DNA of 52,872 bases from Elusimicrobiota bacterium (GCA_043827405.1 JBDRPD010000032.1:1-52872); one strand, 5' to 3'. Counted from the stretch's first letter, positions 38,072 through 47,350 are shown. The notes: generated by a model not told the origin, from the sequence alone. A program made the numbers and translations.

Positions 38072-38782
38072 CTAGCCGCCGGCCAGGAACTCGTCAAACG
38101 ACTTTTCGATCTCCTGGAGGCCGATCTTTTCCAGCACGATGGCGGAGTTGTCCGCGAAGCAGTTGAGGTGGACGACGGCGTTGAGACTGGCATCCTGCGC
38201 GCAGACGAGGTGCAGGCGATCGCAAAAACTGCGGTTAACCTTGGTGATTTCCTTGTAGAGCGAGATCAGCCCCTTCAGGTCCCAGTCCGCGGCTTTTCCC
38301 CGCCTGGCCATGAAGTACTGTCCCAGCAGATACATCCCGATGACGCGGTACGCCGTCTCTTTGAGCGTGGCGAAAGGCAGATGGGTGCGCACCATCGGCT
38401 TGAGCTTGCCGAGAATCGGACAGCCGCTGGTCACCATGTAGATGCCGAACAGGCAGCTGACCCCGTGCGACAGCAGAACCTTCCTCTTGATGTAGGTCCG
38501 GGTCGGCGACTCGATCTCGACATCGACCTCTTCGACTGAAAGCGCATCCTTGAAGAACTCAATGGGCTCTATGAGGCTCACCGCCACCGGGCAGCGGGGG
38601 TTCTCCGACTCCCGCAGCGGACAGCCCGGGCATTGGTTGCAGCTCAGCCGCGTCCAATCAGGATAGTCGGCGCTCTCGGACAGCAACAGCTTCAGGGTAT
38701 CGTCCAGGCGCAGCTCGAAGGTCCGGTCCCGGCCGTCCGGGAAGATGAAGCGGTATTTGTACCCATACTGTTCCTTCGCCAC
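38072..38782 (-). CDS. Conserved Cys-rich hypothetical protein (DUF6901-like)
   Basis: WTRL..NQCPGCPL...CPVA, SGCPIL..LKPM.R.HLPFA, DASLNA motifs. Confidence 0.7.
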   Translation of the reverse strand: MAKEQYGYKYRFIFPDGRDRTFELRLDDTLKLLLSESADYPDWTRLSCNQCPGCPLRESENPRCPVAVSLIEPIEFFKDALSVEEVDVEIESPTRTYIKRKVLLSHGVSCLFGIYMVTSGCPILGKLKPMVRTHLPFATLKETAYRVIGMYLLGQYFMARRGKAADWDLKGLISLYKEITKVNRSFCDRLHLVCAQDASLNAVVHLNCFADNSAIVLEKIGLQEIEKSFDEFLAGG

Positions 38783-38878
38783 GACCTTAGCTTATCAGCG
38801 GCGCGCGGACCGCGCAAGGGCCCCGCAGGGCCCCGCAAGCCCGAGGCCGTCACTGGGAAGTATTGCTATAATCCGCGC

Positions 38879-40696
38879 ATGCCTTTCGCCGCCGTCGATT
38901 GGGCCATCATCATCGGCTACCTCCTGGTGACCATGATCACAGGGCTGCTCGTTTCGCGTCAGGCTTCGCGCGGCCTGGCCTCCTACTTCATCGCCGACCG
39001 CTCGCTGCCCTGGTGGTGGCTCGGCACCTCCATGGTCGCCACCACTTTCGCCGCCGACACTCCGCTCGCCATCACCGGCATCGTCGCCAAAAACGGCATC
39101 GCCGGCAACTGGTTCTGGTGGTGCTGGATATTCTCCAACGTCGCCATGACGGTGTTCTTTGCCGCGCGCTGGCGCCGCAGCAGGGTCATGACCGACGCCG
39201 AGCTCATCGAGCTGCGCTATGACGGCAAGCCCGCCGCCTTTCTGCGGAGCTTCAAGGCGCTGTTTCTCGCGATCGTCATCAACTGCATCATCCTGGGCTG
39301 GGTGTTTCGCGCCATGAGCAAGATCGCCGACCCCTTCATCCGCTGGGAAGCGCTTCTGCCCGCCGGCGCGTTCACCGCGCTCGTCTCCGGCTGGCCGTCC
39401 TGGCTGGTCTTCGATAATCCGAACAACACCATGACGGTACTGGTGATCTTCACGCTGGTGGTAATTTACAGCGGCTTCGGCGGCATTCGCGGCGTCATCC
39501 TGACCGATCTCCTGCAGTTCGGCATGGCCGTGGCCGGCAGCGTAACCTTCGCCGTGCTCGCCGTGTCCTACGTCGGCGGCATTGACGGGCTGCTCGGCCG
39601 CCTGCACAGCCAGTACCCGGACGCCGGCGAGATCCTCAGCTTCACCCCGTCTCTGGATGCGGTGTGGCTGCCGTTCCAGGTATTTCTCGTGTTCGTCCTG
39701 GTGCAGTGGTGGGCCAAGCACGACGCCGATGGTACCGGCTACCTGGCGCAGCGCATCTTGACGGCCAAGACCCCCCGGGACGCGGTACGGGGGTCGCTCT
39801 GGTATACGGTCGCCAACTTCGCGATCCGCACCTGGCCGTGGATTCTAGTCGGCTTGGCCGCGCTGGTGGTGTTCCCGAAAGGTGACGAAACAGCGATATT
39901 CAAGGAAGGCGCCGCGGTGGCCGCGGACCGCGAGATGGGCTATCCCATTCTCATGAAGCTGATCCTGCCGCCCGGCGTGCTGGGCCTGCTGTTCGCCAGC
40001 CTGCTGGCCGCCTTTATGTCGACGGTGGACACCCATCTAAACTGGGGCGCATCCTATCTGGTCAACGACGTCTATAAGCGCTTCCTGCGGCCCAAGGCCT
40101 CGCAGAAGGAACTCGTCGCGGCCGGCCGCATGTCTCTGGTCCTGCTGGCCGTCGCCGCTATCCTCATCGCCAGCCAGATCTCAAGCATCGAAAAAGCCTG
40201 GAAGTTCGTGATCGCACTGACCGCGGGAATGGGTCTGCCCACCATGCTGCGCTGGGTCTGGTGGCGCATCAACGCCTGGTCCGAGATCGCGGGGATGAGC
40301 TCGGCCATCCTGACCGCCGCCGTTCTATATACGCTTTACCCGAACGCCCGCGCCGAGTATATCCTGCTGGGGATCGTGGGCGTCAGCACGCTGTGCTGTC
40401 TCGCCGCGACGTACTGGGCGCCGGAAACCTCGAAGAAAAGACTGAAAGCCTTCTACAAGCTCATCGAGCCGGTGGGCTTCTGGGGCGACTACGCCGACCA
40501 GGAGCGCCGCACCGAAAACGGCTTCTACCGCTTGGGCGGCGCCTGGGTGCTGGGCTGCGCCGGCACTTTCGCCGCCATGTTCGGCGTCGGGCACTTGTGC
40601 CTGGCGCGGCCGCTGTTAGGTATAGTAATGCTTGCCGCGTCCGGCTTGCTGCTGCGCTGGACTCTTAAACTCGCCGAAACAGGAGTATCGACATGA
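38879..40696 (+). CDS. Sodium:solute symporter (SSS) family transporter
   Basis: YFIADRSLPWW..GTSMVATTFAADTP, TDLLQF, QRIL, LAAFMST; many TMs. Confidence 0.92.
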   Translation: MPFAAVDWAIIIGYLLVTMITGLLVSRQASRGLASYFIADRSLPWWWLGTSMVATTFAADTPLAITGIVAKNGIAGNWFWWCWIFSNVAMTVFFAARWRRSRVMTDAELIELRYDGKPAAFLRSFKALFLAIVINCIILGWVFRAMSKIADPFIRWEALLPAGAFTALVSGWPSWLVFDNPNNTMTVLVIFTLVVIYSGFGGIRGVILTDLLQFGMAVAGSVTFAVLAVSYVGGIDGLLGRLHSQYPDAGEILSFTPSLDAVWLPFQVFLVFVLVQWWAKHDADGTGYLAQRILTAKTPRDAVRGSLWYTVANFAIRTWPWILVGLAALVVFPKGDETAIFKEGAAVAADREMGYPILMKLILPPGVLGLLFASLLAAFMSTVDTHLNWGASYLVNDVYKRFLRPKASQKELVAAGRMSLVLLAVAAILIASQISSIEKAWKFVIALTAGMGLPTMLRWVWWRINAWSEIAGMSSAILTAAVLYTLYPNARAEYILLGIVGVSTLCCLAATYWAPETSKKRLKAFYKLIEPVGFWGDYADQERRTENGFYRLGGAWVLGCAGTFAAMFGVGHLCLARPLLGIVMLAASGLLLRWTLKLAETGVST

Positions 40697-41841
40697 GATG
40701 GTTTTTCCTGCTGCTGCTGGGCGCCGCCTTGAGCGGCTGCGTGAGCTCGCAAAAATACAAGCTGCTTTCAGATGCCGCGGAGAAGTCCCAATACTCGCTC
40801 GCCTCGGCGCACCAGACCATCGCCGTGGAAAAGAAGCGGGCGGAAGGGCTCGACGCGACCTTGGCGCGCGCCAAAGAACGCATCACCCAGCTCTCCGCGG
40901 AGCGCGAACGGCTCCACGGCGTCGAAGAGAACCTGTCGAAAGCGCTCAGCGCCAAGAGCGGCGAGCTCGCGCAGATGAACCTGAAGCTGCAGGATGAGAC
41001 CACGAAGGCGAAGGCAAGCCTGGCCCAGGCGCAGGAGCGCATCGGCAAGCTCGAGCGCCGCGTCGAAGAGCTGTCGCTGCTGCAGGACCAGCTCAGCGCG
41101 AAAGCGTCTCAGCTCGACAAGGAGCGCGTCCAGCTGCGGCAGAGCAACGAGGAGCTGACCCAGTCGCTCAAGTCCGGCCAGGACGAGCTGTCGCGCACCG
41201 TATCCAAGCTCAGCGCGGAAAAGCAGGAGCTGGCAAGCCGCATCGGCTCTCTCACCAAGGCGCAGGAAGAGCTCGACGCCAAAAAGACGCGCGAGCTCGA
41301 GGAGACGAAGACCACCTACGAAGGGCTTCTCGGCGAGCTCAAGGATGAGATCGAGCAGGGCGAGGTCAAGATCACGCAGTACCAGAACAAGCTCACCGTC
41401 AACGTGGCGGAAAAAATATTCTTCGACTCCGGCCGGGCCGCCGTCAAAGAGAGCGGCCGCGAGGTGCTGCTGCGGGTCGCGGACGTGATCCGCCACCTGC
41501 CCGACAAGCAGATCCGCATCGAAGGCCATACCGACAACGTTCCCCTGGCGCGCTTCCTGCGCGAGAAGTACCCCACGAACTGGGAGCTGTCGACCGCCCG
41601 CGCCACCAACGTGGCCCGGCTGCTGCAGGAAAAAGCGGGGCTCGATCCGACGCTGTTATCGGTGGCCGGCTATGGCGAGTACCGGCCCATCGCTTCCAAC
41701 GAGGCGCCCGAGGGACGAGCCCAGAACCGGCGCATCGAGATCGTGCTTCTCGACCGCGACCTGGGCCTGCCCGCCGGAGAGGCCGAGGCGCCGCCGATGC
41801 CCGTCGAACCCCTGCGGGACCTGGAAGAAAAGCAGCCTTAA
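40693..41841 (+). CDS. Coiled-coil lipoprotein with OmpA/MotB peptidoglycan-binding domain
   Basis: Lipobox LSGC, long coiled coil, IEGHTDN, NWELSTARA, GYGEYRP, NRRIEI. Confidence 0.9.
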   Translation: MRWFFLLLLGAALSGCVSSQKYKLLSDAAEKSQYSLASAHQTIAVEKKRAEGLDATLARAKERITQLSAERERLHGVEENLSKALSAKSGELAQMNLKLQDETTKAKASLAQAQERIGKLERRVEELSLLQDQLSAKASQLDKERVQLRQSNEELTQSLKSGQDELSRTVSKLSAEKQELASRIGSLTKAQEELDAKKTRELEETKTTYEGLLGELKDEIEQGEVKITQYQNKLTVNVAEKIFFDSGRAAVKESGREVLLRVADVIRHLPDKQIRIEGHTDNVPLARFLREKYPTNWELSTARATNVARLLQEKAGLDPTLLSVAGYGEYRPIASNEAPEGRAQNRRIEIVLLDRDLGLPAGEAEAPPMPVEPLRDLEEKQP

Positions 41842-42596
41842 GACGACCGCGGCACCAGCCCGTACTGTGGATGGTACTGGGCGTCCGGATTGCGGCCGAA
41901 CGCCGGCACTATTCCGTAGCCCGGCTCATAGCGCGGCACGCCGCCCAGCGGCGCGCGCCGGCCGGAGCCGTAGTCCGCTCCATAGCCCGAATAGTAGCCG
42001 TAGGACGACGGCATCGCGTAGCCCGGCATGTCGTAGGTTTGCGATCGGCTGCGGTACACCGGGATGCGTTCGCCGCCGTAGGGCGGCTCGAGGTAGCGGG
42101 TGACGTAAGGATACTTCGGGCCGATCGCTTTCGCCAAGCCCTCGCGGAAGTTATTGACCGAGGCCTCCACGTCATTGAGGAAGTTGACGAATTTAGCGCC
42201 CAGAGTCGGCTCCCGGCGGTACGGCGGATAGTACGGGTTGTATGGGTTATAGGAGCCGTACGTATTGCGCGGGGGCGGATAGTAGCCCGGATACCCCCCG
42301 GGCATGTACGGACTATACTGCTGCTGCGGCGTATAAGCCTCGAAGCCGATCTTCTGCAGATGGGTCATGCCCTCGACGCGCACGGCGCTGACGGCAAGCG
42401 AGTTGCCGCGCGACCGGTCGAAGAAGCTTCCGTACATGCCCATAGCATCGGCCGCGGAGTACGGGTTCGCCATCGCCTCGAGGTCCATCATCATCGCCTC
42501 GCCCGTGGTGGACCCCATGACTTCGAAGCCGGCATGCGCCCGCGGTGCGGACAGCGCCGCCGCCAGCAGCAAGACGGAGAACAGTTTAATAGTCAT
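41838..42596 (-). CDS. Secreted Tyr/Pro/Gly-rich protein (paralog of 46072-47124)
   Basis: Signal peptide AHA; FEVMGSTTGEAMMMDLE..ANPYS and KFVNFLNDVEA...GPKYPYVTRYL...RIPVYR.RSQTYDMPGYAMP blocks. Confidence 0.8.
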   Translation of the reverse strand: MTIKLFSVLLLAAALSAPRAHAGFEVMGSTTGEAMMMDLEAMANPYSAADAMGMYGSFFDRSRGNSLAVSAVRVEGMTHLQKIGFEAYTPQQQYSPYMPGGYPGYYPPPRNTYGSYNPYNPYYPPYRREPTLGAKFVNFLNDVEASVNNFREGLAKAIGPKYPYVTRYLEPPYGGERIPVYRSRSQTYDMPGYAMPSSYGYYSGYGADYGSGRRAPLGGVPRYEPGYGIVPAFGRNPDAQYHPQYGLVPRSS

Positions 42597-43876
42597 AACG
42601 CACCTGCCTTTTCTGTTTGGGCGACGAGTTTCGCGGCGTCGACCATGCCCGCGCCCTGCATCTCGGCGGAGGCGTCCGGCAGCATCTCCGCCGCTTCCTT
42701 AAGGGCCTTTCGTACGGCGCGCACGCCCCGCAGACCGTGAGCGCCGATGGCCAGCGCCGCGAGCCCGGCGACATGCGGCGACGCCATCGAGGTCCCCGTC
42801 TTCCATGAATAGCCGCCGCCCATCGCCGTCGACCGGATACTGACTCCGGGCGCGACGAGGTCCACCTCCGGCCCGCGGCTCGAAAAATCGGCCACCTTAT
42901 CGTTGATGTCCGAGGCCGCGACGGCGATTGTTTGCGGATAGGCGGCCGGATAAACCACCGTTTGCCCGGAATTTCCAGAGGCGGCGACGATGACGACGCC
43001 CGCCGCGTCGGCCGCCCGTACCGCCTCGTCCAGCGCGCTGACGGTCTTCGGCGCCCCGAGGCTCATATTGACGACGTCCATCTTCGCCGCCACGCACCAC
43101 TGGAGGCCCTCGATGATATCACTGTAGGAACCATACCCCTCTTTGCTGATGACCTTCACCCCGAAGAGCCGGACTTTCGGCGCCACGCCGACGAGGCCCC
43201 CGTCGTCGTCGAGCACCGCGATGGTCCCGGCGACATGCGTGCCGTGGCCATGGTCGTCCGTCCACGGCGCGGCATTGTCGTAGGCATTGAAGCCGCCTTC
43301 GACATTGAGCTCGGCGTGGCGATGATCGATACCGGTGTCGACGACCGCGACCTTAACGCCGTCGCCGCGCGTAGTCTCCCAAGCGGCCGGAGCATGGACC
43401 CGGCGTACGCCCCAAGGGATCATCTGGCCGGGATCCGCATCGGCCAACAGCCACTTCTGGATATCATCGCGGTCCACCCGCCGGACCTCGGGCCGCGCCG
43501 CCAGCGCCTCGACGCTCCGCGGCATTGATTTTTTCGGCGCGGTTACAGCCACCCCGTCGATAAGCCATAAGTCCCTGACCGGCACGAGGCCGGCCTGCCG
43601 GAGTATCGTTCGCCGCAGCTCATACGGCACATGCTTGCTGAAAAGAACGATCCGGCGCTCAAACTGATCTTCCGGAACGACTGCGGCCGGGCCGCCGCGG
43701 ACTTCGGGAGCTGACAGGGGAGACGCTGTGTCCCGAATCCCGGAGACGGCCCGGCCGACTTTTTCCACCACCCCGTCAAAATCGAGGAAACCGTTCGCCT
43801 TGGACGACGGCGGCCCGAGCACGAGCGCCGCGAGCAAAAAGAGGCCGGTGAGCCAGAAGCAGAGTGCGGATTTCAT
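42593..43876 (-). CDS. Secreted subtilisin-like serine protease (S8) with prodomain
   Basis: VAVVDTG (Asp), HGHGTHVAG (His), AASGN, GTSMASPHVAG (Ser). Confidence 0.95.
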   Translation of the reverse strand: MKSALCFWLTGLFLLAALVLGPPSSKANGFLDFDGVVEKVGRAVSGIRDTASPLSAPEVRGGPAAVVPEDQFERRIVLFSKHVPYELRRTILRQAGLVPVRDLWLIDGVAVTAPKKSMPRSVEALAARPEVRRVDRDDIQKWLLADADPGQMIPWGVRRVHAPAAWETTRGDGVKVAVVDTGIDHRHAELNVEGGFNAYDNAAPWTDDHGHGTHVAGTIAVLDDDGGLVGVAPKVRLFGVKVISKEGYGSYSDIIEGLQWCVAAKMDVVNMSLGAPKTVSALDEAVRAADAAGVVIVAASGNSGQTVVYPAAYPQTIAVAASDINDKVADFSSRGPEVDLVAPGVSIRSTAMGGGYSWKTGTSMASPHVAGLAALAIGAHGLRGVRAVRKALKEAAEMLPDASAEMQGAGMVDAAKLVAQTEKAGAL

Positions 43877-43879
43877 TTT

Positions 43880-44608
43880 TCAATTCCACGCGACGGAGGG
43901 CTTGAGCCGCTTGAGCGCCTGCCGCCCATGCCGCATTATGCCGCCATCCGAGCCGGTGCCGATCTCCTGGAAGAAGCCGTCGCCCTGCAGGTAGAAGAGC
44001 TTGGCGCCCCGCTTCTCGCTCATCGTCGACTGCAGCTTCCACCGCAGAGTCAGCAGCATGCTGGCGATCGGCTCGTCGTCGGTCCCGACGTTGGCGACGC
44101 TTTCGGGCGGCACGCTGGCCTCGAGAAAGAACTTCGTGCCCCACGAGGCCTCCAGCAGCATCGGCTGAATGCTCACACCCGTAAGATACGCGCCCTTGCC
44201 GTCGTATTGGCCGCCGATCGTGCGCAGCACCTGATAGGTCATGGTGATCATCTTCTCGCCCTTCAAATTTTTGGCCGTGAACTCATAGAGCGTGGCCTGC
44301 GGCTTGCTCCAGCCCGCCAACTGGGTCCAGTGGGTGATGCCGCTGGGAACAGCGGTCGCATAGCTTTGCTTGACGTCGACGACCGGCCTGTTCGCCTCGA
44401 TGATCTGCCAGATCGCTTTGCCGATATTGATGATCATGCCGGGATCAATGGAGGGCGCATCTGCCGGCGGCGGCTCCTCAACAGTCCCGATGCGGCGAAT
44501 CCGCACGCTGTCGGCGTCTATCGTAAAATCAGCGACATCGGCGAACGCCGACGTGCAGAAACATCCAAACAGCAGAATAATCAGCAGCTTTCTCATTTTT
44601 GTCTCCAT
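43880..44608 (-). CDS. Secreted hypothetical beta-rich protein (paralog of 44619-45443)
   Basis: Signal peptide AFA; IINIGKAIWQIIEANRPVVD...SYATAVP.GI...QLAGW...GDG. Confidence 0.8.
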   Translation of the reverse strand: METKMRKLLIILLFGCFCTSAFADVADFTIDADSVRIRRIGTVEEPPPADAPSIDPGMIINIGKAIWQIIEANRPVVDVKQSYATAVPSGITHWTQLAGWSKPQATLYEFTAKNLKGEKMITMTYQVLRTIGGQYDGKGAYLTGVSIQPMLLEASWGTKFFLEASVPPESVANVGTDDEPIASMLLTLRWKLQSTMSEKRGAKLFYLQGDGFFQEIGTGSDGGIMRHGRQALKRLKPSVAWN

Positions 44609-44618
44609 TACCGGCTGT

Positions 44619-45443
44619 TCAATCCCAACGAACGGGCTCCCGCAATTTATTCACGGACTCGCGCGCCTCGGCGAAGACGCGCGCAGGAAACGGACTCCCG
44701 AGCTGCTGGAACGTCCCGTCGCCGCGCAGGTGAAACACGTAGGCGCCCTGCACTTCCTTAATGGCGGTCTTGATCGTCAACTTGAGCGTATGCGTCATGG
44801 CGGCCAACGGATCCTCGACCGTCCCCACATTCGTGATCGTCTCCGGCGGCACGGAGGCGTTGAGCGAGAAGCGGTAGCCCCAGATGACGTTGATGAGGAG
44901 CGGCTCGGTAGTCACCGCCGTCAAATACCTGCCGGTATCGCCGCAAGCCCCCCCCCAGGTCCGCAGGACCTGGAACTTCAGGTCGATAACCCGCCACTTC
45001 CAGAAGTTCTCCGCCGTCAAGCGGTAAACGGTCCCCTGCGGCGGCCGCCATCCCTGAAGCTGACTCGGATCCTTGATCCCCTGCGGCATCGCCGTCGCAT
45101 AGCTCTGCGCGGTATCGACGACCGGTTTATTGGCCTCGATGATGCGCCACAGCTCCTTGCCGATATTGATGATGGTGGACGGATCGATGAGCTCGGGGGC
45201 AGGTTCTCCACAGGCGGCCGAGGCGGGAAACGGCATTCCCCCCGCCGGAGCCTCTCCGGCCGGGCCGAGTTCCTCGAGCTTGATGCTCGCCGGATCCAGC
45301 GTGTATATCTCCGGATGCTGGAGCGCCGCCGCAATCTCCTCAAACGAGAAGTTCTTCGGATCTATGTCCGGAAAACCGTCGCCGGCCCATAACGGCGAAG
45401 CCGACAGCAGCAGGGCCGCGAGCAGCGCTGGCACATCACGCAT
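44619..45443 (-). CDS. Secreted hypothetical beta-rich protein (paralog of 43880-44608)
   Basis: Signal peptide; IINIGKELWRIIEANKPVVD...SYATAMP.GI...QLQGW...GDG. Confidence 0.8.
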   Translation of the reverse strand: MRDVPALLAALLLSASPLWAGDGFPDIDPKNFSFEEIAAALQHPEIYTLDPASIKLEELGPAGEAPAGGMPFPASAACGEPAPELIDPSTIINIGKELWRIIEANKPVVDTAQSYATAMPQGIKDPSQLQGWRPPQGTVYRLTAENFWKWRVIDLKFQVLRTWGGACGDTGRYLTAVTTEPLLINVIWGYRFSLNASVPPETITNVGTVEDPLAAMTHTLKLTIKTAIKEVQGAYVFHLRGDGTFQQLGSPFPARVFAEARESVNKLREPVRWD

Positions 45444-46051
45444 TACTTTCCTACCGCCGCGCGCAGGCGCCAGGATTCCATCTCCAGGTCGCGGGCCGCG
45501 TTCACGGCGTCCACGGTCTGCTGGCGGACGCTGCTGGCCTCGAGCTCGAAGCCGACGCGCCGCAGATCGTCGGCCGCGTTCCAGGAGGCGTTCGCCATCA
45601 ACTCCGCCTTAAACCGGAGGTGCTTGGCAGCGCCATAGAGCTCATCGACAGGCTTCACGAGAGACGGATCCCCGTAGCGGACAAACCGCCTGAGCCGCGC
45701 GGCATGGGCGGACAGGTAGTCGGCGCTCGTGTAGAAGCCGCGCAGGCCCCATGCCAAGCGTTGCGCCGCCTCGCCCAAAAGCCTGTCGGGATAGCGTCGG
45801 GACCGTGTCCGCACTTCGTCGATGGCCTTATTGAGGTCTTTAAGGTCTCCTTCCAACCTGGCGACGTCGTCGGCGGCGCGGCCGATCTCCTGAGCGAGGT
45901 TCGTCTGCTTGTCCTTGATCTGCGCCGCATGGGACTGGAGGATCTTCCCCCTCGCCTGGCCGAGCATGCTCGCAAAACTCATTGCCTGCTGAGCCGCGGC
46001 CGGAACGGCCAGGGCGACGGTTGCGATGAGCGTCGGTATGATTTTTTTCAT
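45443..46051 (-). CDS. Secreted alpha-helical hypothetical protein
   Basis: Signal peptide AAA-Q; heptad-like helices; GAGG SD; stop overlaps the next start (TAATG). Confidence 0.75.
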   Translation of the reverse strand: MKKIIPTLIATVALAVPAAAQQAMSFASMLGQARGKILQSHAAQIKDKQTNLAQEIGRAADDVARLEGDLKDLNKAIDEVRTRSRRYPDRLLGEAAQRLAWGLRGFYTSADYLSAHAARLRRFVRYGDPSLVKPVDELYGAAKHLRFKAELMANASWNAADDLRRVGFELEASSVRQQTVDAVNAARDLEMESWRLRAAVGK

Positions 46052-46071
46052 TTCAGCCTCCTGAATACTCG

Positions 46072-47124
46072 TTATGACTTAGCCGGCCGCTGCGGGACGA
46101 ACGCCGGTCCGCCGCTGTAGCCGGGATCCTTAACGTAACCTTGGTACGGAACGTAGCGGTAGCCGGTCAGGCCCTGCATGGCCCGGCGGCCGCCGTCGTC
46201 CTTTAAAGGGAAGTAGCCGAAGCCGGCCGAATAGCCGTAGCCCGGACGGTAGGGCGGCGACGTGTACTGATAGCCCGGCACGTTCTGCGCGATGCCGCCG
46301 TTGGCGCGCTGGGCGCGCGACTCATTGCCCCGGTAATCGCCCGGATAGCCGAAGCCGATCTGGGCGTAGTGGCTGTAGGCAGCCGGCATCGCATAGCCCG
46401 GCATGTCGTAGGTCTGCGACCGGTTCCGGTAAACCGGGATACGCTGGTCCCCGTAGGGGCTGTCGAGGTAGCGGGTGACATAGGGATACTTCGGGCCAAT
46501 CACGTCGGCGACGGCGGCGCGGACATTATTGACCGTCGCCTCGACGTCGTTGAGGAAGTTGACGAATTTATCGCCCCAGGTCGGGTTGCGGCGCGGCGGG
46601 TAGTAGCCGTAGGGATTGCCCTGTCCGGGAAATCCCGGATAGCCGCCGCGATAGAAGGGATTGCCCTGATTATAAAGAGGCGAGGGCGGCAGATTCTGAA
46701 ACCCGCTGGGCCGTGGATTGTAGCGAACGGGGTACGGCGTGTAGCCATAGGGCAGCCGGGGATTGTAGCGGGTACTGCTCTGATACGGAACGCCGGGCCG
46801 CGGGTTCAGGTTCGGATAGGAATTGTACGGATTGGGATTGCGCACCGGATTGCGGTTATAGCCGCCGTCCCGGCGCGGCGGCGGCGTGAAAAAGGGCGTC
46901 GCGGTCACCGGCACGGCATTGCGCGAACGGCTGAGACTGGAGTCGAAGTAGCTGGTGTACATCTTGGCGGCATCCGCCGGCGAGTAAGGATTGGCCATGG
47001 TCTCAAGGTCCATCATCATGGCCTCACCCGTAGTGGAACCCATAACCTCGAACGAAGCCCGCGCCGGGGAAGCGCCCAGCGTCAGCGCGAGGATCAGGCC
47101 CGAGATCAGCTTGATTTTCATCAT
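46072..47124 (-). CDS. Secreted Tyr/Pro/Gly/Asn-rich protein (paralog of 41838-42596)
   Basis: Signal peptide ARA; same two conserved blocks; strong TAAGGAGG SD. Confidence 0.8.
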   Translation of the reverse strand: MMKIKLISGLILALTLGASPARASFEVMGSTTGEAMMMDLETMANPYSPADAAKMYTSYFDSSLSRSRNAVPVTATPFFTPPPRRDGGYNRNPVRNPNPYNSYPNLNPRPGVPYQSSTRYNPRLPYGYTPYPVRYNPRPSGFQNLPPSPLYNQGNPFYRGGYPGFPGQGNPYGYYPPRRNPTWGDKFVNFLNDVEATVNNVRAAVADVIGPKYPYVTRYLDSPYGDQRIPVYRNRSQTYDMPGYAMPAAYSHYAQIGFGYPGDYRGNESRAQRANGGIAQNVPGYQYTSPPYRPGYGYSAGFGYFPLKDDGGRRAMQGLTGYRYVPYQGYVKDPGYSGGPAFVPQRPAKS

Positions 47125-47152
47125 CCTTCCTCCTTACATCCCGTCATTTGGC

Positions 47153-47208
47153 AAATAAAAAACGGGATCACCGCATGCAGCAGTTACTACTGCATTCGGT
47201 GATCCCGT
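47153..47208 (-). terminator. Intrinsic terminator inside the 5' leader of the secreted-protein operon
   Basis: 12-bp perfect stem ACGGGATCACCG/CGGTGATCCCGT extended by ATGCAG/CTGCAT, followed on the minus strand by a U-rich run, about 30 nt before the start codon. Confidence 0.8.
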
Positions 47209-47315
47209 GGGTACACCCCGCAAGGCGGGGTCGCGTTTCACCCCGGGGCTAGTCCCCCAGGTTACACGAGTTGCGGCTCAGCTGCGTCGCAAAGAACAAT
47301 ACGTCTCTACGTCCT
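47153..47315 (-). ncRNA. Candidate riboswitch/attenuator leader or sRNA
   Basis: Lies between a TGnTATAAT promoter and the terminator; several hairpins; GCTGA, GGGGGAC, GGGGTGAA, CCGAAT, TAAC occur in the order seen in ydaO-type c-di-AMP riboswitches. Confidence 0.5.
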
Positions 47316-47321
47316 ACAATG

Positions 47322-47350
47322 ATTATAGCACGAAAGGCCTGTGAATGTAA
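47322..47350 (-). promoter_or_regulatory. Sigma70-type promoter of the secreted-protein operon
   Basis: TTACAT, 17 nt spacer, TATAAT with extended TG. Confidence 0.65.

Noticed and set aside
38817..38845. AGGGCCCCGC short tandem repeat
   Set aside because: Two copies in GC-rich DNA; not distinguishable from chance
42010..46570. Repeated ~185-bp blocks as a DGR template/variable repeat pair
   Set aside because: No reverse transcriptase in the window; both copies are in-frame coding and differences are mostly synonymous rather than adenine-specific
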